Source: Bacillales bacterium UBA1737 (GTDB lineage: Bacteria > Bacillota_I > Bacilli_A > ML615J-28 > CAG-313). From it: 64,000 nt of DNA. The first letter of the stretch is position 1; the number at the start of each line of letters is the position of its first letter. The notes beneath the pieces are model-generated. The model saw only the letters and a list, made by a program, of their open reading frames with translations. It was not told the DNA's origin and did not search any database. The position numbers were made by a program, and so were the translations under genes. Location of the stretch: assembly GCA_002315915.1 (NCBI GenBank), contig DCIB01000002.1, forward strand, positions 20,752-84,751, written 5' to 3'. Below are positions 10,064-18,144 of this stretch, piece by piece.

Positions 10064-10834
10064 ATGTTTGAAGTATTAATTAATTATGTAATAAATGATC
10101 CTATAAGTTTTACTGTTGATATTTTATTAACTGGTTTTCTTGGATATCTATTATGTATTACTTTTTTAAAGAAGATAAAAACAATATATAAAGTCTTAAT
10201 AACTTTTGCTTTTGTTATTTTATGTGTAGTACTATTTAATTTAGAATTAAAGGTTGTATTTTATGCATTTGTTATATTAATGTGTATAGTATGTTTTTAT
10301 TTAGTTTTTTTTGCGAACCTAGAAAAAGTAAAATCATCTTCTAGAAAGAAAAATAATGATGTAACTAATCTTGTAACAAGAATTCCAAAAGATGTTTTAG
10401 TAAATAGTTTAGTTGAAACTATTACTTCATTTTCTTATAGAAAAATGGGAGCAATTATTACATTTGAAAAACATGATTCATTAAATAACTATAAAAGAAG
10501 AGCTGTTAAAATAGATGCTGATTTTTCTAAAGAATTATTAAGAACAATCTTTTTCCCTAATACTGCATTACATGATGGTGCTGTTATTATAAAAGGATCT
10601 GTTATAGAATGTGCTGCAGCATATTATCCATTAAGCGATAATCCTGATTTACCATCATCTCTTGGTACTCGTCATAGAGCAGCACTTGGTATAAGTGAGG
10701 AAACAGATGCATTTAGTATTATTGTATCGGAAGAAACTGGTTCTATAAGTTATACTGTTGATGGTACAATAACAACAAATATATCAGAGGAAGTATTAAG
10801 AGATGTTCTAAATGAACATATCTTATATGAATAA
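10064..10834 (+). CDS. cdaA: Diadenylate cyclase (c-di-AMP synthase), membrane-anchored
   Basis: Three N-terminal TM helices plus DAC domain motifs ALHDGAVII, GTRHRAALGISEETDA, VSEETGSIS. Start at ATG 10064, preceded by GAGG. Confidence 0.9.
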   Translation: MFEVLINYVINDPISFTVDILLTGFLGYLLCITFLKKIKTIYKVLITFAFVILCVVLFNLELKVVFYAFVILMCIVCFYLVFFANLEKVKSSSRKKNNDVTNLVTRIPKDVLVNSLVETITSFSYRKMGAIITFEKHDSLNNYKRRAVKIDADFSKELLRTIFFPNTALHDGAVIIKGSVIECAAAYYPLSDNPDLPSSLGTRHRAALGISEETDAFSIIVSEETGSISYTVDGTITTNISEEVLRDVLNEHILYE

Positions 10835-10836
10835 TT

Positions 10837-12030
10837 ATGTTATTCTTAAGTTTTGATATATATACTTTAATTCTACTTTCTATATCTTTATTATTAACTA
10901 CTTTGTTATTTATTAATGATTTAATTATTATAAAAACTTTTAGAATAGATTATATTCTTATATTTGGATTAATTATATCTTTATCAATTACTAATTATGG
11001 ATTAGATTTATCTAATTATTATATATATATATTTGGATTATTTACTGTTTATATAATCATTATGTATATTTTATCTATAATAAAAACTAATAGATTATAT
11101 GTTATATCTAAGGTTATTAAAGATACTATTAAATCTGATACTTCTGATTTTTGTTTTGTTGTAAATAAAAAGAAAAGAATTATCGATTGTTCAGAATCTC
11201 TATTAAAACTTGCTAATAAAGATTTTAAAGATATTAAAAAGATAAATAGTTATTCTTTATTATCTAAAGTATTAAAAATAGTAAAAATAAATGATACTGA
11301 TTATTCAGATGGATTATTAGTTAATTTTATAAAAGAAGTAGATAATTCTATAAATAATAAAGTTACATATTGTTTTACATGTGATATATTTATAAAAGGT
11401 GAAATAAACCATTATACTGGATTAATTGATCCTATATATATATCTAGTAATTATATAGCATCTATGATAAATCTATATCAAGATAAGATGGCTTTAATAA
11501 AAAAATTAAATCAAAATAATCAATTATTATCTAAAGAAATAGTTGATTCTAAAAATGTATTACATTTACTTATGTCTTTATCTGAAGGTGTTGTATTATA
11601 TTATGATTTTACAGAAAAAGCCTATTTTACAACAGATGCATTTAAAGATCATGTAGGACTTAATAAGGATTCATATACTTTTGAAGAGTTTTATTATATG
11701 ATTGATGAACAATCACGTAATAGATATGCTGAAGAAAGTAAAAATGTTAATAGTAATTATGTTAATAGAATTAAATTTATTATTAATATAAATGATTGCT
11801 TATATCATGCTGTTGAAGATTCTATTTATTTAACAGATAAAGGTAAGGAATTAGTATCAATAATACATGTTACATCAAGAGTTAATGATGATTTTGATGA
11901 TGGAATTACATCTTCTATTGAAACTAGTGATTTACTTAAAAAATTATCTGAATTAAAATTTAATACATCTATTAATAAAGCATTAAGAAATCTAGAAAAA
12001 GCAATAGAGGAGGCAAACAATGACCTCTAG
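10837..12030 (+). CDS. Membrane protein with two PAS-like cytoplasmic modules, in the position normally held by cdaR
   Basis: Three N-terminal TM helices. Two PAS-like stretches (FCFVVNKKKRIIDCSESLLKLAN...; EGVVLYYDFTEKAYFTTDAFKDHVGL...). No YbbR-type repeat recognisable. Starts 2 nt after the cdaA stop, and its last 11 nt overlap ispDF. Confidence 0.45.
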   Translation: MLFLSFDIYTLILLSISLLLTTLLFINDLIIIKTFRIDYILIFGLIISLSITNYGLDLSNYYIYIFGLFTVYIIIMYILSIIKTNRLYVISKVIKDTIKSDTSDFCFVVNKKKRIIDCSESLLKLANKDFKDIKKINSYSLLSKVLKIVKINDTDYSDGLLVNFIKEVDNSINNKVTYCFTCDIFIKGEINHYTGLIDPIYISSNYIASMINLYQDKMALIKKLNQNNQLLSKEIVDSKNVLHLLMSLSEGVVLYYDFTEKAYFTTDAFKDHVGLNKDSYTFEEFYYMIDEQSRNRYAEESKNVNSNYVNRIKFIININDCLYHAVEDSIYLTDKGKELVSIIHVTSRVNDDFDDGITSSIETSDLLKKLSELKFNTSINKALRNLEKAIEEANNDL

Positions 12031-13135
12031 TGTAATTGTTCTTGCATCAGGTAGTGCTAGTAGATTTAATGGTAATAAAAATAAAGTTTTAGAAAGAATT
12101 AATAATATTCCATTATTTTATTTTTCTTTAAAGAAATTTATTGATTTAGATTTTAATAAAATAATATTAGTCGTTAAAAAAGAAGAAGAAAATTTCTTTA
12201 AAGAATACTTAGATAGTACTAATGAATTAGATAAAGTTGTATTTGCTTATGGAAAAGAAGAAAGATTTTTATCTGTTAAAGAAGGATTAAAAATAGTAGA
12301 TACTAATACATGCTTAATTCATGATGCCGCAAGACCTCTTGTAAGTAAAGATGATATATTAAATGTATTAAATTCATTAAATGAATATGATGTATCTTTT
12401 TTAGGAAAACACTGTATTGATACATTAAGATATATTGATTCATTTAATACTTTAGATAGATCAAATATTATAAATGTATCTACTCCTCAAGGGTTTACAA
12501 ATAAATGCTATGATGTTATTTTAAATAATACTAATAATATTACAGATGAAGTATCATTATTTGATAATTCATATAAAATTAAATATATTGAAGAATCTTT
12601 TCCTAATATTAAAGTAACATATTCATCTGATTTAAATTTATGTGAATATTATTTATATAATAATAAACATTCATATATTGGTCATTCTCTTGATTATCAT
12701 CCATATTCAAACGATGGAGTATTAAAACTTGGTGGTATAGAGTTTTTAGAATATAAAAAACTTATTGCCCATAGTGATGGAGATGTATTATACCATAGTA
12801 TTGCAGAAGCAATACTAGGTGCTAGTTCATTAGGTGATCTTGGAACATTCTATCCTGATACTGATAATTTATATAAAGATATTGATTCATCAATTATTTT
12901 AAAAGATGTTGTAGATAAAGTTAATTCATTAGGGTATGAAATTTCTAATATTGATGTAATGTTATATTTAATTAAACCTAATCTAAAAGATTATAAAAGA
13001 TTAATGATAGATAATATTAAAAATATTACAAAATGTGATTATGTATGCGTAAAAGCAGCAACTTTAAATAAAAGAGGTTTAATTTCTTTAGAAGAAGGGA
13101 TTGGATCTGAAACAGTTGTATTATTAAGAAAATAA
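12020..13135 (+). CDS. ispDF: Bifunctional IspD/IspF (MEP cytidylyltransferase fused to MEcPP synthase)
   Basis: N-terminal half: VLASGSASRF nucleotidyltransferase loop. C-terminal half: GHSLDYH ... AHSDGDVLYHSIAEAILGASSLGDLG...YPDTD, matching the IspF zinc and substrate motifs. RBS GAGGAGG at 12007-12013. Confidence 0.85.
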   Translation: MTSSVIVLASGSASRFNGNKNKVLERINNIPLFYFSLKKFIDLDFNKIILVVKKEEENFFKEYLDSTNELDKVVFAYGKEERFLSVKEGLKIVDTNTCLIHDAARPLVSKDDILNVLNSLNEYDVSFLGKHCIDTLRYIDSFNTLDRSNIINVSTPQGFTNKCYDVILNNTNNITDEVSLFDNSYKIKYIEESFPNIKVTYSSDLNLCEYYLYNNKHSYIGHSLDYHPYSNDGVLKLGGIEFLEYKKLIAHSDGDVLYHSIAEAILGASSLGDLGTFYPDTDNLYKDIDSSIILKDVVDKVNSLGYEISNIDVMLYLIKPNLKDYKRLMIDNIKNITKCDYVCVKAATLNKRGLISLEEGIGSETVVLLRK

Positions 13136-13140
13136 TTTAT

Positions 13141-13171
13141 AAAAGTCTAGTAGGAGTCTACTAGACTTTTT
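13141..13171 (+). terminator. Rho-independent terminator ending the 5397-13135 unit
   Basis: AAAAGTCTAGTAG / CTACTAGACTTTT hairpin followed by T run. Confidence 0.8.
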
Positions 13172-13237
13172 AAAAACTATTTTATTTAAAAATATAGATA
13201 TATAATGTATAATATATTTAAGAAAAGAGTTATATAT

Positions 13238-13489
13238 ATGGAAAATAACGATATTGTTAAAGGAATTAAAAAAGTTATTAAAAAATTAAGACCATATCTT
13301 AATGGTGATGGTGGAGATTTAGAGTTCGTTAAATTTGAAGAAGGAATTGTATATATCAAATTACTTGGTGCTTGTATGGGGTGTGCATCTAGTTCAGATA
13401 CTATGAAGAACGCTATTGAAGCAATGATGTTAGAAGAAGTACCTGGTGTAATTGGTGTAGAACAAATTTTAGAAGAAGAATCTTTATGA
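13238..13489 (+). CDS. NifU/Nfu-type Fe-S cluster protein (C-terminal Nfu domain)
   Basis: LRPYLNGDGGDLEFV ... LLGACMGCASS (CxxC). Start at ATG 13238, because ATG 13205 lies in a TATAATG element. Confidence 0.8.
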   Translation: MENNDIVKGIKKVIKKLRPYLNGDGGDLEFVKFEEGIVYIKLLGACMGCASSSDTMKNAIEAMMLEEVPGVIGVEQILEEESL

Positions 13490-13812
13490 TACCCGGAGAT
13501 ATAGTTAATGTTAAAATTACCGGAATTGTTGGATATGGAGCATTCGTTGAGGTTGATGACTATATTGGATTAATCCATATATCTGAATTTTCTGATAATT
13601 ATGTAAAAAACATTCATGAATTTGTTCATGTTGGTGATGAAATAAGAGCTAGAGTCTTATCAATTGATGAAGAAAATAAAAAGATAAATTTATCGTATAA
13701 GCAATTACATAAGACTAAAGGTGTTAAATGTAAGGTTCCAACATATGAAGTTGGTTTTAAACCTTTATCTAGTAATCTATCTAAATGGATTGAAGATTAT
13801 AAAAAAAGATAA
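13486..13812 (+). CDS. S1 RNA-binding domain protein
   Basis: GDIVNVKITGIVGYGAFVEV...GLIHISE...GDEIRARVLSID. ATGA overlap with the upstream stop. Confidence 0.75.
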   Translation: MIPGDIVNVKITGIVGYGAFVEVDDYIGLIHISEFSDNYVKNIHEFVHVGDEIRARVLSIDEENKKINLSYKQLHKTKGVKCKVPTYEVGFKPLSSNLSKWIEDYKKR

Positions 13813-13846
13813 AAGTTAAAAACTAATATTTAGTTTTTAACTTTTT
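13811..13846 (+). terminator. Rho-independent terminator
   Basis: AAAAGTTAAAAACTA (13811-13825) / TAGTTTTTAACTTTT (13831-13845), 15-bp stem, then T-rich tail. Confidence 0.7.
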
Positions 13847-13862
13847 GTTTTGGAGTGATTTT

Positions 13863-14351
13863 ATGAAATCTTTTAAATTAATAGTATCATCTAGTGATGA
13901 TATGACTACTTTAGGATATTTATTAACTAAATATATGAAACCTAATCTTGTTATTACATTAAATGGTGATTTAGGAGCTGGTAAAACTACTTTTACTAAA
14001 GGTATTGGTAAAGCATTAGGTGTTGAACGTGTAATTAATTCCCCTACTTTTACTATTATGAAAATACATGATGCAACAAATAAAATAAATGGAATTGATA
14101 AATTATATCATTTAGATGTATATAGATTAACTTCATCTGAAAGTGATTTTGAATTAGAAGAATATTTTTATTTAAATGGTGTAACTGTTATAGAGTGGGC
14201 AAATATTATTAATGATTTAATACCTCATGATAGATGGGATATAACTATTAATGATATTGGAGATAATAAAAGAATTGTATCTATAATAGATTATTTAGAT
14301 TTAATAAGTATAGAAGAAATAAAAGAGGCATCATATGAAATTATTGATTGA
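13863..14351 (+). CDS. tsaE: tRNA t6A37 biosynthesis ATPase TsaE
   Basis: GDLGAGKTTFTKG Walker A, SPTFTIM, HLDVYRL. Start at ATG 13863 after GGAG, because the 13845 start lies inside the terminator stem. Confidence 0.85.
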   Translation: MKSFKLIVSSSDDMTTLGYLLTKYMKPNLVITLNGDLGAGKTTFTKGIGKALGVERVINSPTFTIMKIHDATNKINGIDKLYHLDVYRLTSSESDFELEEYFYLNGVTVIEWANIINDLIPHDRWDITINDIGDNKRIVSIIDYLDLISIEEIKEASYEIID

Positions 14352-14919
14352 TTCATCTACTAATTATTTAATTCTATCAATTATAGATAATTCTTTAATA
14401 AATGTTTTTTATAGAGAAGGCAAATGTGATCATTCTGAAACATTAATGGATTATTTAACTAAATTTATTAATGACAATAACTATACTTTTGATTCAACAG
14501 AAGAAGTGTATATTGGAAGAGGTCCTGGATCTTATACTGGTTTAAGAATAGCTGGAACTGTTGGTAAAACAATTTCTTATTTAAAAAATATAAAATTATA
14601 TAGTTTTTCATCATTAGATTTAATATTATCAAGTATATATTTACAAGATGGTTCTTTTTTAGCAAGTATACCTGCTAAAAAGAATTCTTCATATGTAAAA
14701 GGTATATCAATAAAAGAAGGTATTATAAAAGATTCTATAAAAGAATCTTTTATAGAATCTTTTAATGTTGAAGATTTTAAAGAATATAAATTATTAGAAT
14801 TAAATGTCGATTTTTTTAAATATTCTAAAGAGGCTATTAACAACCTTCTAAATAATAAACTATATAAAGAAGAATCATTCTTTGATTATTCACCTAATTA
14901 TATTAGGAGTGTATTATAG
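14335..14919 (+). CDS. tsaB: tRNA t6A37 biosynthesis protein TsaB
   Basis: GPGSYTGLRIAGTVGK motif. Sits between tsaE and rimI. Confidence 0.8.
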   Translation: MKLLIDSSTNYLILSIIDNSLINVFYREGKCDHSETLMDYLTKFINDNNYTFDSTEEVYIGRGPGSYTGLRIAGTVGKTISYLKNIKLYSFSSLDLILSSIYLQDGSFLASIPAKKNSSYVKGISIKEGIIKDSIKESFIESFNVEDFKEYKLLELNVDFFKYSKEAINNLLNNKLYKEESFFDYSPNYIRSVL

Positions 14920-15353
14920 TGATTATATACAGAAAAGCTAGTATTTTAGATATTGAACAAATTATTTTATTAGAAGAAAAAATGTTAAAAGATAATTTAG
15001 GTAAATCTATATTAACTGAAGTTATTACTTCTGATAACGGATATGTTAGCGTTGCGTTAGACGGTAATACAATAGTTGGATATGTTAGTATTATGATTGC
15101 AGTAGATTATGCTGAAATTCTTAATATTTGTGTTGATGATAATTATCAATTGTTAGGTATTGGTACTCATCTTTTAAATGATTTCTTTAATAAATATAAT
15201 GAAATAATTAAATCTTGTTCATTAGAAGTTAGAGTTAATAATGATAAAGCTATTAATTTTTATCATAATAAATTTAATTTTAATATTGTAAATACAAGAA
15301 AAAAATATTATCAAGATAATACTGATGCATATATAATGGAGAAAATATTATGA
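14919..15353 (+). CDS. rimI: GNAT acetyltransferase, RimI-like
   Basis: GTG start overlapping the TAG of tsaB, AGGAG RBS. GNAT core QLLGIGTHLL. Conserved tsaB-rimI-tsaD context. Confidence 0.7.
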   Translation: MIIYRKASILDIEQIILLEEKMLKDNLGKSILTEVITSDNGYVSVALDGNTIVGYVSIMIAVDYAEILNICVDDNYQLLGIGTHLLNDFFNKYNEIIKSCSLEVRVNNDKAINFYHNKFNFNIVNTRKKYYQDNTDAYIMEKIL

Positions 15354-16303
15354 TTATCTTAGCTATAGAATCAAGTTGTGATGAAACAGCAATGGCTGTT
15401 GTAAAAGATGGTAGAACTATTTTATCAAATGTAGTATATACTCAAATTGATATTCATACTTTATATGGTGGAGTAGTACCTGAAGTTGCCAGTAGAGAAC
15501 ATATTAAAAAGATTACAGTTGTATTAGATCAAGCATTAAAAGAAGCTTCTATTACCCCAAATGATTTAGATTATATTGCGGTAACATCTAATCCAGGATT
15601 AATTGGCTCATTAATGGTTGGTATTAATTGTGCTAAAGTTATAGCTTGTTTATATAATAAACCACTTATAATGGTTAATCATATATATGGTCATATATAT
15701 GCTAATTATTTAGAAAGTGATTTTTTATTCCCTATGATTGCTTTAGTAGTATCTGGTGGACATACTGAACTTGTATTAATGGAAGATCATTTTAAATTTA
15801 AAGTTTTAGGTGAAACCTTAGATGATGCAGTTGGGGAAGCGTATGATAAAGTTGCACGCGTGGTTAATGTTGGTTATCCAGGTGGTCCTATTTTAGATAA
15901 AATGGCTCATGAAGGGATAGCTTCATATGAATTGCCTCATATAAAATTAGGTAAAGATTCTTATGATTTTAGCTTTAGTGGATTAAAAAGTGCTGTAATA
16001 AATTTATATAATAAAGCAACTTCTAAAGGTGAAACATTAGATTACAATAATCTTGCAGCATCTTTCCAAAATGCCGTTGTTGATGTATTAGTATCTAAAA
16101 CAGCTAAAGCTGCTTTAGAGTTTAATGCAAAACATGTAATTATTGCTGGTGGTGTATCTGCTAATAAAGGGCTACGTGAAGCTATGGAATCCAAAATGAA
16201 TGATTTAGATATAAAATTCACTTGTCCTAAAATGAAATATTGTACAGATAATGCGGCAATGATTGGCGCTGCAGCTTATTTTCAAATACTAACTAATAAG
16301 TAA
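15350..16303 (+). CDS. tsaD: tRNA N6-adenosine threonylcarbamoyltransferase TsaD
   Basis: ILAIESSCDETA, HIYGHIYA, VSGGHTEL, CTDNAAMIG. Confidence 0.95.
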   Translation: MIILAIESSCDETAMAVVKDGRTILSNVVYTQIDIHTLYGGVVPEVASREHIKKITVVLDQALKEASITPNDLDYIAVTSNPGLIGSLMVGINCAKVIACLYNKPLIMVNHIYGHIYANYLESDFLFPMIALVVSGGHTELVLMEDHFKFKVLGETLDDAVGEAYDKVARVVNVGYPGGPILDKMAHEGIASYELPHIKLGKDSYDFSFSGLKSAVINLYNKATSKGETLDYNNLAASFQNAVVDVLVSKTAKAALEFNAKHVIIAGGVSANKGLREAMESKMNDLDIKFTCPKMKYCTDNAAMIGAAAYFQILTNK

Positions 16304-16329
16304 AGAGGTCACAAAAATGTGACCTCTTT
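16302..16329. terminator. Bidirectional terminator between tsaD and the convergent acyltransferase gene
   Basis: AAAGAGGTCACA (16302-16313) / TGTGACCTCTTT (16318-16329), 12-bp stem, A4 loop. Confidence 0.75.
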
Positions 16330-17643
16330 CTATTTGTTATCAATTCCTAATTCTAATCCTTCATATAAATAATCATATTGTTTAAAGTTTTTATAGTAAT
16401 TTATATGATATCTATGCATTTCTTCTATAAGAATAATAAATTTACCTGTTGTTTTGTTAGAAGGGAATATATCGAATAATTCACCTTTAACATAAAAACT
16501 AAAATATTTAGCATCATTAAATGTAATTGTAGTATATATTTCGGTATATGGTACGTGAAATTCAAATGGTTCATTATTTCGTGTTCCAATATAATGTACT
16601 CCATTATGATCAACTATAAACTTTCCTTTTCCTACTTTATATGTAGTATCAAGTTTTGTTTTAATATATCTAGTTGGATCTAGGTTGCCTATTTCACACT
16701 CATCAGAGAATGAATAATTTTTATCAGATCTTATTTCCTTAATTAAATCGCCACGTTCTTGGACAACCCATTCAACGGGATTTTCTGGAATAACAGATTT
16801 TTCATATGGATGGAATAAATAATAATCATCAATTGATGTACCATTTCCACATTTTGTACAATATAAATCGTTACCTTTAGATTCCATTGTATATTCAGTA
16901 TGACATTTTGGACATTTATATAAGAAATACTCTAAGTTTTTAGCAGCTTCATTTTTTAATTCGTATTTATGCATTTCTTTTTTATTCCATTCGTATGCAT
17001 TAAAATGAATTGCTTCGTTTACTTTGTCATCCATCTCTTCAACTGATAACTTTTGAGTATCTTCTGGGGTAAAAAGTTTAAATAATGTTGCGTATGTATC
17101 GCCATAGCGTTCTTTTTGAACCGCTTTAGTACTTACTAAAAATGTGCCATCTAATCTGCACACATAAACCGGTATATTAAAATGTTTAAACATTTTTGAT
17201 GTTTCAGGAACAATAGGTTTATTTGTTCCAAAGTTAGATGCTAATCCTTCAGGTGCAAAAATAACTGATCCGCCCGATTTAATACATGTAGAAACAGCTT
17301 TAATTGTTTGAACATCTGGTGTATAGTTTTTCTTTGGTATTTGGTTAGATAAACCAAATACTAATTTAAATTTTTGGCGATAAAATTCATTTCTACCTAC
17401 AATATTAACACATGGTTTTGGGTATGTTACACCATGTAAAAAGAAATGATCTGCTCTAGATGAGTGATTAAATATAATAAAACAAGGTCCTTTTTCTTTT
17501 TTAATATCATCTTTTATTATGTAATGAATTTTATATTTTGGTGTTTCAAATAAGTAGATCAGATGATATACAAAACTAATAAACCAATGAGGTTTTACAT
17601 ATTTTTTATTTTTTAAATATAGGTCAATATTTGTTTTTTTCAT
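16330..17643 (-). CDS. HX4D (PlsC/LPLAT-type) acyltransferase with internal zinc ribbon and a conserved C-terminal domain of unknown function (paralog 1)
   Basis: NHSSRAD (HX4D), FAPEG block, CPKC...CTKCG zinc ribbon. Collinear with the 60510-61814 product along its whole length. RBS AAGGAGA. Confidence 0.7.
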   Translation of the reverse strand: MKKTNIDLYLKNKKYVKPHWFISFVYHLIYLFETPKYKIHYIIKDDIKKEKGPCFIIFNHSSRADHFFLHGVTYPKPCVNIVGRNEFYRQKFKLVFGLSNQIPKKNYTPDVQTIKAVSTCIKSGGSVIFAPEGLASNFGTNKPIVPETSKMFKHFNIPVYVCRLDGTFLVSTKAVQKERYGDTYATLFKLFTPEDTQKLSVEEMDDKVNEAIHFNAYEWNKKEMHKYELKNEAAKNLEYFLYKCPKCHTEYTMESKGNDLYCTKCGNGTSIDDYYLFHPYEKSVIPENPVEWVVQERGDLIKEIRSDKNYSFSDECEIGNLDPTRYIKTKLDTTYKVGKGKFIVDHNGVHYIGTRNNEPFEFHVPYTEIYTTITFNDAKYFSFYVKGELFDIFPSNKTTGKFIILIEEMHRYHINYYKNFKQYDYLYEGLELGIDNK

Positions 17644-17695
17644 AATGTTCTCCTTTACACTAATATTCTACAAAAGTATTTTTTTTTATTTTTGA

Positions 17696-17923
17696 TCAAT
17701 TTCTTGGAAACATTGCTTTTTGCAAGTTACCAAAGTCTCTCATTGATTGATGCTGCATAATAATTAAAGATGGTTCTTTAAAATCTTCAAATCCATTTTT
17801 AACTATTTTAGTTTTAGTTGAATCAAATATTGGTGTCATTAACCACATGACAAGTTTACTAATAAATGGTGGTTTAATAGGTTTTTTATTTAAATCAAAT
17901 CTTTTATATTTTGTATAATCCAT
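17696..17923 (-). pseudogene. N-terminal stub (75 aa) of a third acyltransferase paralog
   Basis: MDYTKYKRFDLNKKPIKPPFISKL...IIMQHQSMRDF...FPRN* aligns with residues about 1-75 of paralog 1 (KP..FIS, HX4D, YPKP) and then stops. Only 52 nt separate it from the start of paralog 1. Confidence 0.45.
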
Positions 17924-18060
17924 AAAATAATTCCTTTCTATTATTACATTTAGATTATAAAAAATATAAAATATTAAAAAAATAATAATCAAAATATTTA
18001 GTGCTAAATGTTTAAATATAATTTATATTTCATTTCTTTTAAAAAAATCATTAAATACTC

Positions 18061-18088
18061 TTGATATTATTTTCAATAATGATATAAT
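18061..18088 (+). promoter_or_regulatory. Near-consensus sigma-A-type promoter with extended -10
   Basis: TTGATA (18061-18066), 16-nt spacer, TGaTATAAT (TG 18080-18081, TATAAT 18083-18088), 57 nt upstream of ATG 18145. Confidence 0.6.
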
Positions 18089-18093
18089 ATAAA

Positions 18094-18115
18094 TAGAGTA
18101 TTCTCGGATACTCTA
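18094..18115 (+). promoter_or_regulatory. 7-bp hairpin/palindrome at the predicted 5' end of the transcript
   Basis: TAGAGTA (18094-18100) / TACTCTA (18109-18115), 8-nt loop TTCTCGGA. Begins about 6 nt after the -10. Confidence 0.45.
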
Positions 18116-18144
18116 GAAATTTTTAATAAGGAGAAAAAACAAAA

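Noticed and set aside
13205-13237. Upstream ATG starts given in the ORF track (13205, and similarly 5285, 9520, 10037, 13845, 21020, 45502, 51998, 53248, 57974)
   Set aside because: In each case a downstream ATG has a proper Shine-Dalgarno at 5-9 nt. The upstream codon lies in a promoter-like TATAAT, a terminator stem or the preceding gene, so the starts were moved.
17996-18009. Palindrome ATTTAG-TG-CTAAAT in the divergent promoter region
   Set aside because: It is short and almost pure A/T. Palindromes like this are expected by chance at this composition, and it has no positional link to a promoter element.
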